Made by a program: the position numbers and the translations under genes
Notes under the pieces: generated by a model
What the model saw: the letters and a program-made list of their open reading frames with translations, nothing else
Databases searched by the model: none
What the model was told of the DNA's origin: nothing
Assembly (NCBI GenBank): GCA_052426225.1
Contig: JBNJNM010000008.1
Coordinates: forward strand, 496,001-560,000
Length of the DNA: 64,000 nucleotides
Direction: 5' to 3'
DNA from: Zancudomyces culisetae HAW-14-8
Lineage: Eukaryota; Fungi; Kickxellomycota
Part shown: one piece after another, positions 24,547 to 38,500 of the stretch
How positions within the stretch are numbered: the stretch's first letter is position 1
How the letters are laid out: every line of letters starts with the position of its first letter

Positions 24547-26475
24547 CTACCCCTTGAGAACACGAGCTATCGTTTCAATATCACTGGAAAGTATCGAGGT
24601 TATTCTGGAAATACCTTCTAGAAAAATACTGTGTATTTCGGTATCCTGCTTGCTTACTTCCCCCTCAAGCACATCCGTTAAATTGCCAAGAATTTGGTTG
24701 TAAAAGCTCAGTAGTTCTGTTTTTAAACTTTTGTAAAAATCGACTTTACTATCATTTGGGTCCTGCATCTTTTCGACAACGGGTTGATATGTTTTGTCAG
24801 AAATGCTTACATTAACATTGTGCTTAATAGAAGAATCCTGATATGCACTTTGTTTATCAGAGTTCTCTGTGTGTTTTGTATGTTTTTGTGTGGGTGTATA
24901 TACACCTTGAGAAAAAAGTGGACCAAATGTAATGGGTGCTGAAGTATATATAATATGAGAATTCACAAAGTGTGAAATCAAGAGTGTTAGGTACATATAT
25001 GCAGTCAGGAGGCTTTTATAATCACACGGTAAATGCAGATGGGAAACATCGATATTCAGATATCTCAAAATGGCCAGTATTTTGTGGTTTGTAACAGGAT
25101 AGTTAAGTGTCAGTAGCGTTGATATTGAAGGAGCAACGTATACAAATGCCTTTGATCTAGCCAACATGGATGTATGTTTAGTTGATATGGTTTGATTCGG
25201 GTTTTTGCCGTTTGAATGGACACGTCGTCTTGAATCGCTGAGTTTCGCTTCGTTTAAATGTAATTCCGGAGCTGCTTTTCGAGTTCCAGTTGCCTCGCTT
25301 TTAGTCGCTGTGTCCACTTCCCCATCAGCATTTTTGAATTTAAAATTCATAAACAGTTCAAAGTTGATATACTTTTCTTTAAAATAGTTACTGTCGATAT
25401 ATTGGAGCAGGTCTATTTTTGAGCCAAAATCAGTATTTTTTAAACAGTCGTAAACCCCACTTACAAGGGTATCGGCATTAATCACCTTTGTAATTGAAAG
25501 GACTGACAAACAGTCAATAAGTTTGCCAAAGGCTTGAAGTATCATGGAAAAGTTACCATTTACTAGACTCTGTTTAGAAGAGTTTATAGCAACATGGTAT
25601 GTTTCAACGTATTTTCTTAACAAAGTTAAAGGCTCCTTAATTCTGGTTACATTCATTGTTGCATAACTGTTCTGGCTTAACAGTTTCCCAATAATACTTT
25701 TTGAGGGCTCATGTATTTTGATCGCCAAATCTTCAGCCAAAGAATCGATAAGAAGCTTTTGTAGTTCAACTCTCGCAGAAAATACAACTTTTTGATAATC
25801 TTTGTTGTTTAGCTGAATTTTGCATTCAACTAGGCTAGATATGAAATTCCATATGTCTATCTTTTTATAGCCATCTTCGTTAAAAAACACTCGGAACAGA
25901 CCCTCCGTTCCCTTTACAGTTTTCAACTCGCTGTAAACCGCCTGTAACAAAGTCTGAAACTCCTGTGACCGCTTATTAATCTCATGTGCCTCATACTCTT
26001 TAGTAATGTCGTGGCTTAGAGTCACAGGTACACCCAGTTGTATTTCTGTGGGCTCCAAAAAAGCACTGAATATTAACGACACTACGTCTCTGTTTAGAGA
26101 TATTTTGTATCCGTACAAACTGCTAAGAATTTTGACGCCTTCGCTGATTCTGTCTTTTTCCATAAAAGCAGAGGCCACACCAAACATCGATGTTCCAGGG
26201 ACTGGATAATCTGGATTCTCTGGCTTGAGATGAATTAAATTTCGGGTAACAAAATTTTGAACCTCCACCCATTCGTATTGGCCTTCGAATTTCTTCTTCC
26301 ATTCGAGCTTGGATTCAAGGAGATTGTTTTTACATGTCCACTTCGAATCCTATTATAGTGTTCTTGTTACAATGGTTAATATTCTACACATCAAGCTGTA
26401 AATAGTAATACTTCAATCGAGAATTTCATACTGCTTGCTTTGTTTTACCTTGTATGTAATTATGTTTTCTCTCAT
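24547..26475 (-). CDS. Uncharacterised helical protein, tentatively Nse5/SLF1/SIMC1-like; probable exons 26475-26449 and 26349-24547
   Basis: Long open frame extending past the track ORF start to an ATAG acceptor at 26350; short ATG exon with GTAAAA donor in phase. The family call is weak pattern resemblance only. Confidence 0.7.
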
Positions 26476-27485
26476 TTCTTGTAGAATTTCATTTAGGATT
26501 TATAACATTCTTGAACAAGACTAACTGCTTGTTTTGAGTGCTTTGTTTGGAAGTATCAATATATAAAAAGGCAATCTGGATCGTGTCAGTTATTGTTCAA
26601 TTTTTGGAAAATCGTATTGGAGAAACAATAAAAAAATAAACGAATATAGGGAAAAAGTAAACTTGACTAGCGAATCAAAACATTCAATTTTCGAAAAAGT
26701 AACCCCCCTCCCAGCTAAAACTTTATGTATCCATGTACAAACTATCTTAGGCTTCTATATAGAAGTCGAGACTCTGAATAACTCTTTTTTTTTTACTCTG
26801 GTCCTGAAAAAACTGAATATAGGTGTGGCGACAAGTTGTGCATTCATGATTCACCAATCTAAATCAACTCGAGAGGCACGAGTTGCTATAAAATTATTGT
26901 TATTCTGTAAGTTTAGTTGTAGCCATACACTTTCTTGACTTGAGGTTTGTATTTATGATACCGGAAAGTTGAATTAAAAAGTGTAAGTTAAAAGCATATC
27001 CCTAGTGTTGGGATTGTTACGTATAAACACACTAAGGTTCTATATATCCCGACTGGTAGCGGATGCCACCTTCAATTTGCTTGTTGGTTGCTTGCGTCGA
27101 TATACACCTTACACCTTGATAACATTTGGATCTAAACTCAAACATGTGATAGTAATATTTCTTAGCTTTTGGCCATTGATAAAGGACAATGCGGGGAAGA
27201 AAGCATGTGTCGGGTTTGTTTTGATTTCAGCGAGTAAATGAAACAAATTGTGCAATTTTCACATGTCGATTTGCCATTTTCCTGCAAAATTAGGATTATG
27301 GGCATGCAAAAGTTCATATAATGAGAGATACTTTTAAGGCATCTGTCCATAGAGTTGAAGCTTTTCCTTTAAAGAAAAAAAAATATAAAAAAACGAACTT
27401 TGTTAAGAGTTGAAAGAATAGGCAAACAAACAAACAAAAAAACAAAAAAGTGCGAGGTCATTTCGTCGGTTATATCTTTGACACT

Positions 27486-29224
27486 ATGAATTTCGAGAGA
27501 ATATTGCTAAACGGAGGAGTGAGCGGAACAAAAATAGTTGCAAATGTTTACAAGCCCGAGATAAGAGAGAGTTTACTGGGACAAATTGAAAATGACTCGC
27601 TGAAGAGAGTATCTCTGCTGCTTGGTCATGCAAATAGCTATCTTAAGGAACTGTGGAATCCAATCATAAGAAAAATTAACGAGAATATCGACGTTTTGAC
27701 TAAAAATGGTGTTATTGTTGAAAGGATAATATCCTTTGATTATACCCACCATGGCGAGAGTGCGGAATATAATGTTCAGTACAGAGACAAGTACGATCAG
27801 AGAGGTATTTCTATATTTTTTTACTTTTACTGCTATCTGAATTATTATTTTCTTATTTTTGGCGAGAATATCTATTAGAAAAAGAAATTCTAATGCAAAT
27901 TGATAGTAACATGGGTGTATGGTGCAAGGGATCTCATAAGTATTGTGCGGGAGCTAGGGCTGGATAAGAACAATTGCATATCCATCGGGCACTCCTATGG
28001 CGCATGTACAGCGTAGGTTCAGCCACTATTAATTTTGAAACTCTAATTAATTTGCCATGCACAGCATTATCCTATGCACTTTACTCTGAATCAATCTAAT
28101 ATAGTTAACGTACATATTACTTCACTTTAATATAAAGGCTGCTTGCAGAGATAATGTGCCCGGCACTATTCAGAGGAATGGTTGCAATCGAACCTGTTGT
28201 TGGGACTAATGAAGCGATGGCAAAGAGCAGTTTTATACCGTCGATACCCAAAAGAAAGAATGCCTGGCGCTCGCCAAAAGAGTTTAACGATTATATGAAG
28301 GATAAAATTAGCTATAAAGCGTGGACTGATGAATGCCTAGAGTTATACTCGGTAAGTATTCCGATTATAAATGAAAAGTATCTGGGTGTCCTGTGGTTTT
28401 TAAGTAGCAACGTTGACGCATATTCGATATTTTTGTTATTTATGTTTTCCCTTTTGTGAAAATGGGCTTGATTACTATAAAACATGATACTTAACAAAAT
28501 ATTTATACCTATTATAGAACTATGGGCTCAAAAAAGATGGAGAAGGCGATAATGCGATATGGAAGCTTAGATGTGATCCGGTTCTTGAATATGTAAGATT
28601 TACTGCTTTGCATTCATTTAGTAAGATTGTTGTAGAGCTGTGTTTGTGAAAGTACTTTCAGTTTATCTTTAAATGCATGACTCTAAGTATTGATTCCATA
28701 TGAAATCATAGCAAGGATATCGTGGAGGGGAACTGGGAGCCATGATAATAATGCAGAATTGCCACAGAGTGTTGACGCCGGTACGCTTAATCACTGGCTC
28801 AAAATCTACATTTAAGTAAGTTTCAAGCTCACCTTAGTATTTCTCACCTTTGTATTTACTTGCTTCACTTTGGCACTAGATAAGAGTACAAGGAAAAAGA
28901 AAAAAGAAACACACAAAATATAAACGCTAAATATTCTGTCATAGTTCACCAGAAGCGGTTCGTAAATTCGCAGAAACGACTCCACACTGCGAGCGAGTGG
29001 ACATCAAGGGTGCTGGACATCTGGTAATTCTTAAACTACAATATTAATCTGCATAATTAGTATATTTAATAGTAAATGGTGAACATCATCATGCTAATGT
29101 GGATTAAACATCAACCATACATGTTAAACTAATTGTTGCCAAATCTATCTACCAATAGCTTGTGTACGAGATACCGGAGAAAATTTCTGAGCTGATCATT
29201 GATTACTTGTCTAAAATAAAATAG
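27486..29224 (+). CDS. Alpha/beta hydrolase, copy 1; exons 27486-27804, 27907-28012, 28138-28351, 28518-28592, 28712-28815, 28945-29023, 29159-29224
   Basis: LLLGHANSY, FDYTHHGES, nucleophile GHSYG, AIEP and catalytic His in GAGHL. Confidence 0.9.
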
Positions 29225-29388
29225 CATGCCTCCCATATTGTAAGCAAAAATAGGAAAACCCATTGTTCCACTATGGAAATTCCATTGCTTGGTTTGCTGA
29301 TTAGTTTAGTGGAAATACATTTATCAAGATATAAACGAGCAATAAAACAGAGGTTCATTTTTTATTTGTTTTGATGCATGTTTTCATA

Positions 29389-29433
29389 GTTCAAAGAATG
29401 TGTTTTTGTTCAAAGAATGTGTTTTTGTTCAAA
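29389..29433. repeat. 19-bp tandem duplication (GTTCAAAGAATGTGTTTTT x about 2.4)
   Basis: Read directly from the sequence between the two hydrolase genes. Confidence 0.9.
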
Positions 29434-30099
29434 AAAAAGCAAGTTGCACTCCGTGGGTTTGAGGTTATAGGGCCAACTAAACTTTAGAATATAAAGTGCC
29501 CACTAAACATTGCTTTTTTTTTACAATACTCATTCTACGCCTCGCTAATTCTGCAAATTGTTTTACACAGATGTATGCTACATAGTGTACCATTCACCTA
29601 AGTGTAATACCCATACCTCATAGACTAGGTTACTGACAGTACTTTGAGATATTGCTCAAAACTCTTCGGAAAAAAATGACATGTGAATTGTATGAATTTG
29701 CATGTGATTTAGAATTTGTGACAAAAACCCTACTTGATGGTTTCACTCCTAAATCACTCACCACTCATCAATTGTCGCTGATGCTCCTCTCTCTGCTGCT
29801 CCCCTGCCCCCTTGTCTTCTTGCCCCTACTTTATCAACAAACAATGAACATAAATCAGCTTTATAACTGGCGAATAGGAGATAAGATTCAATACCTCCAG
29901 CTTCCGAGTCATAATATGTTAAATTATTTTAGTATAAGCTTGTTCAATTTCCACTTTGACTCTTAATTAATTCAATTAAAAAAAGAACTATAAACACACA
30001 AACGGGTCTACGTTGACAATTGGTACTTGTACACCACCTCCTTGTGTATATTTTTGTTAACAAACAGCTAGGTATAAAAAAACCCCCAATATCTCAAAA

Positions 30100-31856
30100 A
30101 TGGGAGTTGGACAACTAAGACAGAAGCAAGTTGTGCTAAATGGGGGTATACCTGGTTCAAAAGTGGTTGCAAATTTGTACATACCAGAACGAACAACTGC
30201 AACAACAGGTGTGGGATACGACAGTGAACAAAAGGATGATGGTATATTAAGGAAGAAAATCAACTTGCTGTTTGGCCACGCGAACGGCTTCCACAAAGAA
30301 CACTGGTCACCTGTTATTAAAAGAATTTTCGGATACGATGCCGACTTTTTGAAAAAGGGTATTGAAATCAACAAGTTTATAGCCATAGATTTCTTTCACC
30401 ATGGGGATAGCGCCGGATTAAATAAGGATATCTTGGTTAAGTGCGATAAACCAGGTAAGTAACAGCGTAATAGAATATGATTCGCTTTTGTAGTAAGAAT
30501 TCAGGAAAACAACACACAATTTGGTGTTAGTGCGTGTATATTTTTATATTAATTGTTGTTGCTGTGTTTGTTTTTGTTGATTTAAAGTAAAATAATTTGA
30601 GGATGCGAGTAAAAGTCCTAATATATAAATTAAGAGCGCATCAACTTTGATGATGAAGAGCGTTATAGTATGTGTATATACGACTACATAATACAAACCA
30701 AACAAACGATACGTAATAGTACAATGGCAGCAAACGGCTAGAGATATAATTGCTGTAATTAGGCAGTTAAAGCTAGAGTGTGGAAGTGTAGTTGGTATTG
30801 GACATTCATTTGGAGCCACAAGCATGTAAGTATTAATTATTATAGGTTAAATCTACATAGTACGTTAAGTATCTACAGACTTGCCTAAAATTCAAAATAC
30901 CGGGTGCTGGTGGGAATGGGAGGGTAGGTATGAATGCCACGATAATAGCTATTACAATAATTCTCTTGTAGGGCTCTGAGCGAAATAATGCATCCAACGC
31001 TACTCAGATCGCTGATCTTGGTGGAGCCTAGTATATCTAATAAACACAGAACGCGAGAATCCTATGCAATCGAAATGAACAGAGTGCAAAATCGGAGAGA
31101 TGGATGGGAAGATAAAGAGAAATTCAAACAGTATTTGAAAAGCAAGCCGGTGTACGCTAGTTGGACTGATGAGGCGATTGATATTTATGCGGTTAGTCTT
31201 GGGTGTTAATATATATGTTGTTCTTGGTATAATGCAATTGAGCTTTAAACAACAAATCAATCTCATTGAATCACTTAGGAGTATGGATTAACGAGAGAAG
31301 GTGGTGATAACGGTGGATTATGGAAACTAAAATGCGATCCGCTTATAGAAAGGGTAATTTTTTGATCTGAATTTAGCTTTTTTCAAAACTATAAAATTGT
31401 TGTATTTCCATCTTTTAAGCAAGCTATATCTGAAAATGTACATACCACTGATTCTTTTTTTTATAAAAAAAATAGTATTCGATGGAGGGAAAGTATATAT
31501 CTTTGCAATTATTTGAGAAAAAGGTTCACAGCTTGATGCTACCCACTCTTTTTATAAGGGCAGAATGGACAAAATCTCTGTAAGTTTGTCTACTGCTACA
31601 ATATTTAAAAGCTGTTGCTTCTTGTTGTATCAAATCAAAATTAGCAATAATACATATCCTACTTTGTCCCCACGCACCCCCACCCCGCCCCTTATTTTTT
31701 TATTTGCAAGACTAACATGACTCTATTGTTTTATTCATGCTAAAAATGAATAGACTTCCTGGGGTAGTCGAGGAGTTTACTGATCAAATGTATGATGCAA
31801 AGACAATAACCATTGAGAAAGCAAATCATCTGGTAGGTTGTTTTATTCCGACATTG

Positions 31857-31887
<31 letters not shown>

Positions 31888-32042
31888 CTCTGACTTATTC
31901 TAGTTTGAGCCAGTATGCAATTTATATCGTATCCGAAAGCTTATTTAACTGTACAAATGCTTACTGTAAAATGTAGGTGGTAATGGAAAAACCCAAAGAA
32001 ACAACAGACCAAATAGTACATTTTCTTTTAAACCATAAATAA
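30100..32042 (+). CDS. Alpha/beta hydrolase, copy 2 (tandem paralog); exons 30100-30454, 30720-30825, 30972-31191, 31279-31353, 31476-31579, 31754-31832, 31977-32042
   Basis: LLFGHANGFHKEHW, IDFFHHGDS, GHSFG, LVEP, KANHLVVMEKP; intron positions and phases identical to copy 1. Confidence 0.9.
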
Positions 32043-33993
32043 ACAAATAAACTGTTTTGTTTTCTTTGGCAGCCAACTGAGATGAACAAAAGTGTTTTTG
32101 TTTTCGTAATATTGTGATAGAAAGATTAGAAGAGAAGGGTTGTGGAAATACGTTTGAGTGTGCGTGATATGGGCTTGAATATATATAGTGATGATATAAA
32201 TACACTTTGCACATTATTATGGACATGTTTTTATGGTTTCCTCGTCTTTTCATCTGTTTTTTTTAGAAAAAAAGGATATAAACAAAAGATATAAAAAAAG
32301 CAAAAACCAGGTTTTTTATCCATCAGAATGTACAGATACACGAATCTAATCAAGAAATCCATATTTCTTTAATCTTAAACACAAGGGAAAAAAAATTCCT
32401 TAATAATTCCCATTATCAATATTTAAAAAAAAGTAAAAGTTGGTATTTTGAAAGTATTTTAGTGAATTAAAAAAATAATAATTGGTATTAGTTTTGCTTA
32501 TTATTTATCCTGTAAAACTACCTCTTTTGAGTGGGTATCGGAAAAAGTAGTAAATAATGATGAACCTATAGTAATATAGTGTGAATTTGTGTAGTATTTA
32601 TGTGTACAATTAATCTATTACGTACATCATAAATACAATTTTTAATCTCTGTCCCATTCATTGGGGTTTATGAACCATTTGTGTACGATGAGAATTGTAT
32701 AATCTACAGTTGAGATTGCTCAGATTAGCTGATAACAAACAATAGGGAGGGGAATGGTAGGAGGGACAGAGATGTAAGGGAAGAGGAGGGGGGGGGCGAA
32801 GGGTGGTCAATTAAATGTTTGTGTAATGAATGTTTGGAATGATTGGATTTTTGCTGATATGGCTTTTATTGAGATGATTGGGAACCATTTACCCAACCCT
32901 TTTTTTGATAATTTGCTCAAGTTTATAGATTTGCAAATTATTATTTATTATTTATTACTTATTACTTATTATTTACCATTTAGTGTTTTGGACCCTTTAA
33001 ATCCTCCCCCCCCCCCCCTTTGATGATGTTTACAAAACGATATGGTATGGTTTCATCTTTTATATTTCCTTCCCCAACCCAATTTCTATTATCAACACTT
33101 TTATTCCACACTCCGTATCACCACTCCGTATAACCAACATCCCACCTCCGCCTCCAGAATACAATATTAAATGGTTCCTTTTCTTTTAAATAAAAAAAAG
33201 TGATTCCCGGGTACAGTTATGATAACTCGTTCTATGATTATCACATATCCTTTAATTATTTTTGTTGAGGGAAAGGGGATATGTGGTATGTGATATGTGA
33301 TAGAAGGACAAGTTAGTGGAAACTAAAAAAAAGAAAGAGAGAAATAAGAGAAAAAATGGCGGTGGAAAACCCAAGGTATTTTATCGATATATCTATTTTT
33401 ATTTTATCTTTTGTCCTTTAATTTGACTAATTTTTTTTTTTGCTTTGTAAAAGCAGTCAAGCAAGTTGACGAAAAAAAAATAAAATAAAAAACAATAATT
33501 CGATTTATAATTTATTTGTCTAATATGATTAAAGATTGGAGGGGAGGAAATTAATATTTTTTTATAAAATTTGTTAATGTGATATATGTTTAGCGAATGG
33601 AACAAAAAAAATAAAACATTAAAAAAACATTAAAAAAAAATCGGATTTATAATTCTAATAAACTAATTTAACCAATGCAAAAGAAAAGCAAAGTAATGAT
33701 GTACATTTACAAATAAGTGTAAACAATCAGGAGGAGGGTGGGGGGGGGGGGAGAGAGTGAGGACAGTGACGACAGAGAGAAGTGGGGCTAAACTAGAAAT
33801 AACAAATATTGTTGGGAAAAGAAGGTGATGATGTGAAATAAATGTAATCATGTTACTCGTAAAGAGATGTAATAGTTGGAAATGTACACGCCAAGGAAGG
33901 CAACGTGATCTATACTATACGCCTTAACTTGCCTTGTTTGCGTTTGTATTTTTAGGTCATTTTGTAAAATTCAGAGAGTGTGTAGTTTTTTTT

Positions 33994-34013
33994 GGGATGG
34001 GATGGGATGGGAT
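33994..34013. repeat. (GGGAT)4 microsatellite matching a G-quadruplex motif
   Basis: GGGATGGGATGGGATGGG gives four G3 runs with 2-nt loops. Confidence 0.85.
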
Positions 34014-34195
34014 GGAATCGGGATGGGGGGAGGTATGGATGTTAAACGTGTATATTGATGAAAGGTAGTGCCAAGTTGTGTGAGAATCTAGGTTTTTTAT
34101 AATTGAATGCAAAATACCTCTTTTTTTGGGGGGGAGAGGGAGGAAGAGGAGGGGAAGGAGAAAGATGGCCAAGTGGGGAAATAGAGAGAAAAGTA

Positions 34196-34220
34196 TGTGT
34201 GTGTGTGTGTGTGTGTGTGT
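34196..34220. repeat. (TG)n microsatellite
   Basis: About 12 perfect TG units. Confidence 0.95.
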
Positions 34221-35512
34221 ACAAGTCGGTTGGGTTTATGTACAGTAAATTTTTGAGTTTTGTGTATACATGTATATTTTTTCTAAAATACCGAATGGGA
34301 ATCAGAAAAGAAAAAATCAACATTTAATCCAGAAGCTAAATGTCTATTTCATAGCACTATTTAATTCCTAGGATTTACGACGTTTTATGCAAGCGCTGAG
34401 TCGAAATTACAAAAGCAGTTCAAAAAAAAAATAAGAAAAGAAAAAGTAAAAGAAAATAGTAAAAAAAAGAACCATTTTAATTTTAAAAGCTTGAAAAGGA
34501 AAAACAAATTATAGAGCAAAATTGATAATAGCAAATAGAAAAATTCTAAAAAAAAAAATTCATTATTTTTCTGTATTTTATTTGTCAGCTTGAAAACATT
34601 TACGGAAAATAAAATACCGGCAAACATAATATAAAATAAAAACCACACTAATTAAATAAAAGTATAAACAAGAGCATGTTAGAAATTAAATTAAATTAAT
34701 TAAATTAATACAAATATAAAAATTCAAATTCAAATTCAAATTCAGTAGCAAAGGACAAATACAATTTGCAAATAATTTCCAAATTTTTTTAAAAAAAGAA
34801 AGTTTAGTAGTATATGTACGGAGAGTAAAATTCGAAAATAGCTAGATTGAGATGGTAGCAATTCAAAACCGAAAATAAGAATTAGAACGAAGCAATCTTT
34901 GTTCAAAGAATACCAAGTAGAAAACTGATTCAACTAGAAAACAATATTAGAATAAACGAGAATAATAAAACCAAAAACGATAAAGTCATTGTGATGAAAT
35001 TGCTTTAATTCAAAAAAGGTCAAGTAAAAGCAAACTGAAAAGAAAAGGAATATTATAGTAGCGATTTTTTTTTTCTTCTTCTTGCATATATTTATATATA
35101 TACATTATATGTTGTGTGTATGTCTAAATACGAGTAAATTAAAGCAAGGATTAAAATCCCAAAGCCAAACGCGAGAATCTTGGATCATAAGGACTGTAGA
35201 AACAATTTAATCATAGGGCGGATTAAAGCAAAAGAAAGAACTTGCAAACACAAGTAAATTCATTAAAGGAGGGAGGGGGTGAAAATTTGAATATAGAGTT
35301 AACAGAAATAAAAAGAGATTGTGTATTGAAAATCAAATTACAATTAGTGGAGGAGGGATAAAAGGATACAGTAAAAAAATAAAAAATAACACATAACCGT
35401 GATAAAAGGAGTAGAGGCAGGTAAAGAAAAAAAATAGGATAATTACAACTTGAACGGATGAAGAAACAAAACCTAAACTAGATAGAAATAAAATACAAGA
35501 ACATAGAAAAAG

Positions 35513-38500
35513 ATGGAAGATAGAGGAATAAATAATAGCACGAGTAGTATCGGAATACTTGGTGGAGGACAGGAAGGAAATGGAGGTAAAGAAGCAACGC
35601 TGATTTGTCCAAGATGTAGAAAGAAAATCGAAGACAAGACAGAAGGAAGGTTGGTACAAGCGTTAGGAGGAACATATCATCATGGGTGTTTTACATGTTT
35701 TAAATGTGGAGTAAATGTGGCAGATAGTTTTTGTCCGTTGGAGATAGGAGCGGTGGACAGTAATGGCAAGCGTATAGAAATGGAGGCGCTGGGAGAGTTA
35801 GAAGAGGGAAAATTCGGACCGCGGGTATATTGTGAAAGACATTATTATGAAAAAATGGATTTGATATGTGCACGGTGTAATGAGCCAGTGGAGGGGCTGT
35901 ATGTGACAGGCCTGGGGAAAAAATATCATACGCAGCATTTTACATGTTCGGTGTGCCCTGTGGAGTTTGGACCGGAGGGGACGTATTATGAGCACGAAGG
36001 AGAGGCGTACTGCTTGCAGCACTATACAAATCTAGTGGCAAGTAGGTGTTCAGGATGTCAGCAGCAAATAATGAAGTTGTATTTACAGATTCAGAGCGGA
36101 GAGAGGGGACGAGGGGAGGAGAAATGGCATCCTGAGTGTTATATGATATACAAGTTTTGGAATGTGACGATAAGTGGAGGGGGGAAAGAGGCAGGAGAGG
36201 AGCGGGGGACAAAGATTAGTGAGCAGCAAATATATCAAATATGGACGGTATTATCATCGTTTGAGGAGTCGACAGCGGCATGTATATCGGATATGTTGCT
36301 ACAAGTATCGAATGGGCAGTATGTGGAGGGACAGCGACAAGCGGAGCGGTTTATTATGCATTTGGATGTGTTGTTTTCAGCAATAGATGATTTGGAGGAT
36401 GAGCTGGCGCAGTTTGATGATTCGACAGGGTTGCAGCATACACGAGAGCCAAAGCTGTTGTGTAAAAAGATAGTGAGTTTCTTTTCGGTGTTGTCAAACA
36501 CACAGAATGCGGCGTCGGCGGGGTTAACACAAGAGCTATTGACGCTGGTGACATCGCTAGCACACTACCTAAAAGTGCTGATGCGAGTAGCGTTGAAGGG
36601 GGCGTTGAAGGCAGAGACAGAGTATGGGTGGTCGGTGTCGATAGCGCGACTGCTGGGCAAGTTGACAGAGACATCGGAGGTAGGAAAGTGGAACGAGTTT
36701 CGACGCAGCTATTTACAGACAGAAGTTGCATCGGACCAGTGTGCAGGGTGTGGACAGACAGTAGAGATAGAGTGTATTGAGCACGGGCGGCAACGGCGAC
36801 GGTGGCATTTAGACTGCTTTACATGTGCGCAGTGTGGAGCGGAGATGCAGCAGATATATCCAAAGGCAGTGTTGGTACAAGGGCGGGCGCTATGTGGAGA
36901 TTGTGGAGGAGGAAACGGGGGAGAATTCCGATTTGTGTCGCAGTTGGAGCAGTATTCGTTTTTGATGCGGGTTGCATTGAAACGGTTGTATGGATTGATG
37001 AAATACAAGAGCACAGTTGATGCAGTGCGCGGCGAAGTGGTGGTAGTGGAGTCAGCAGGCGGTACGAATGGACGGCGGGTTGTTTATACTAGTCCACGGC
37101 CGGCGGCAAACACAAATATAGGAGCGCCAGGAATAACACCTAATGTAGCTGTGGCAATGCAGAGAAAGGACACATTCCGCGAGACTCTAGCAGCAGCGAC
37201 AGTACGACGTGTAGGAGCAGCAGCATTTGCAGCAGGCCAAACCCGAATGCGTCCTACAAAGGAAGATGCTGAATATGCGTTTGATGTGGCGTTACAGACA
37301 ATTGAAGAGCAGCCTGCTACGCCTCGCCAGTCTACAGCCAGTCCAGCCAGTGCAACTGCGCCATCTTCCACGGCTGGATCAGGAAAAGCACCTCAGCCTT
37401 GGGGCAAAGAGGCTCGGCTGGTTGATCCGGCTCGGTTACAAAGAAAGAGTAAACCACATCCAGTTCACGTTGATGCCAAATCCAATCTTGGTAACCCTCG
37501 TAAATTATCTGCTCGTACAAGTCCAATGAAATCTGAACAACAGCAACAGCAACAACAGCAACAACAGCAACAACAACAACAACCAGTTCAGAAACTTAAA
37601 CGACAAGCTTTATCTGGTCGCAAACCATTGCAACAACAAGCAGCTCAACAACAAACAGCTCAACAAACAGCTCAACAAGCAGCTCAACAAGCAGCTCAAC
37701 AACAACAACAGCAACAACAACAGACAGAAAAGCGACAAGTGTTATACATTAGCGATCTTACTTCCGAAGAGCTAATTTGTGCACGATATGCAGCGGCAGT
37801 ACGTCTATACGCACTACTTGATGGAACCAGCGGACTTGAGCTAACCGATCTACTGGAAATAGCAGGAATTACCAAAAAACAAGGCAGTTCTATGTGGTCA
37901 AAGCTACGTACCAATCTCAAACAGGCTGCTGTTGGCAAGAAAACCGGCGAAAAAGATGTCAAAGCACCGAAAGTTGGAACATTTGGAGTGCCGGTTGAAG
38001 TGTTGGTGGAGCGACAGGGTGTAGAGACAGTGTTGGGATCACGTGGAATCCGACCGCTTCTGATTCCGCGGTTCTTTGAGGCAATGATTACGACATTACA
38101 GGGTATGGATTTGGCAATAGAAGGTATTTTCCGAAAGAATGGCAATATCCGACGGTTGCGGGAGGTGTCTAAAATGGCAGACAAGGATTACGCGGGCGTC
38201 AACCTGTCGTCGGAAAACCCTGTTCAAGTTGCTGCGTTGATGAAGAAGTTTTGCCGTGAAATTCCCGACCCGCTGGTTCCATTCCGGTCGCGGCGGCTGT
38301 TCTTGGCGATTCTGGCCATTCCCGAGCATTTGTGGCTCGAGGCATTCCAGTGTGCCATTCTCCTTCTGCCTTCACCGAACCGTGATATGCTGAATGTCTT
38401 GTTGACGTTTTTGCGCTGGGTTAGTCAGTTTTCGTACATCAACGAAACTAGTGGATCAAAGATGGATTCCAAGAACCTGGCTGTTGTTATTACTCCCAAT

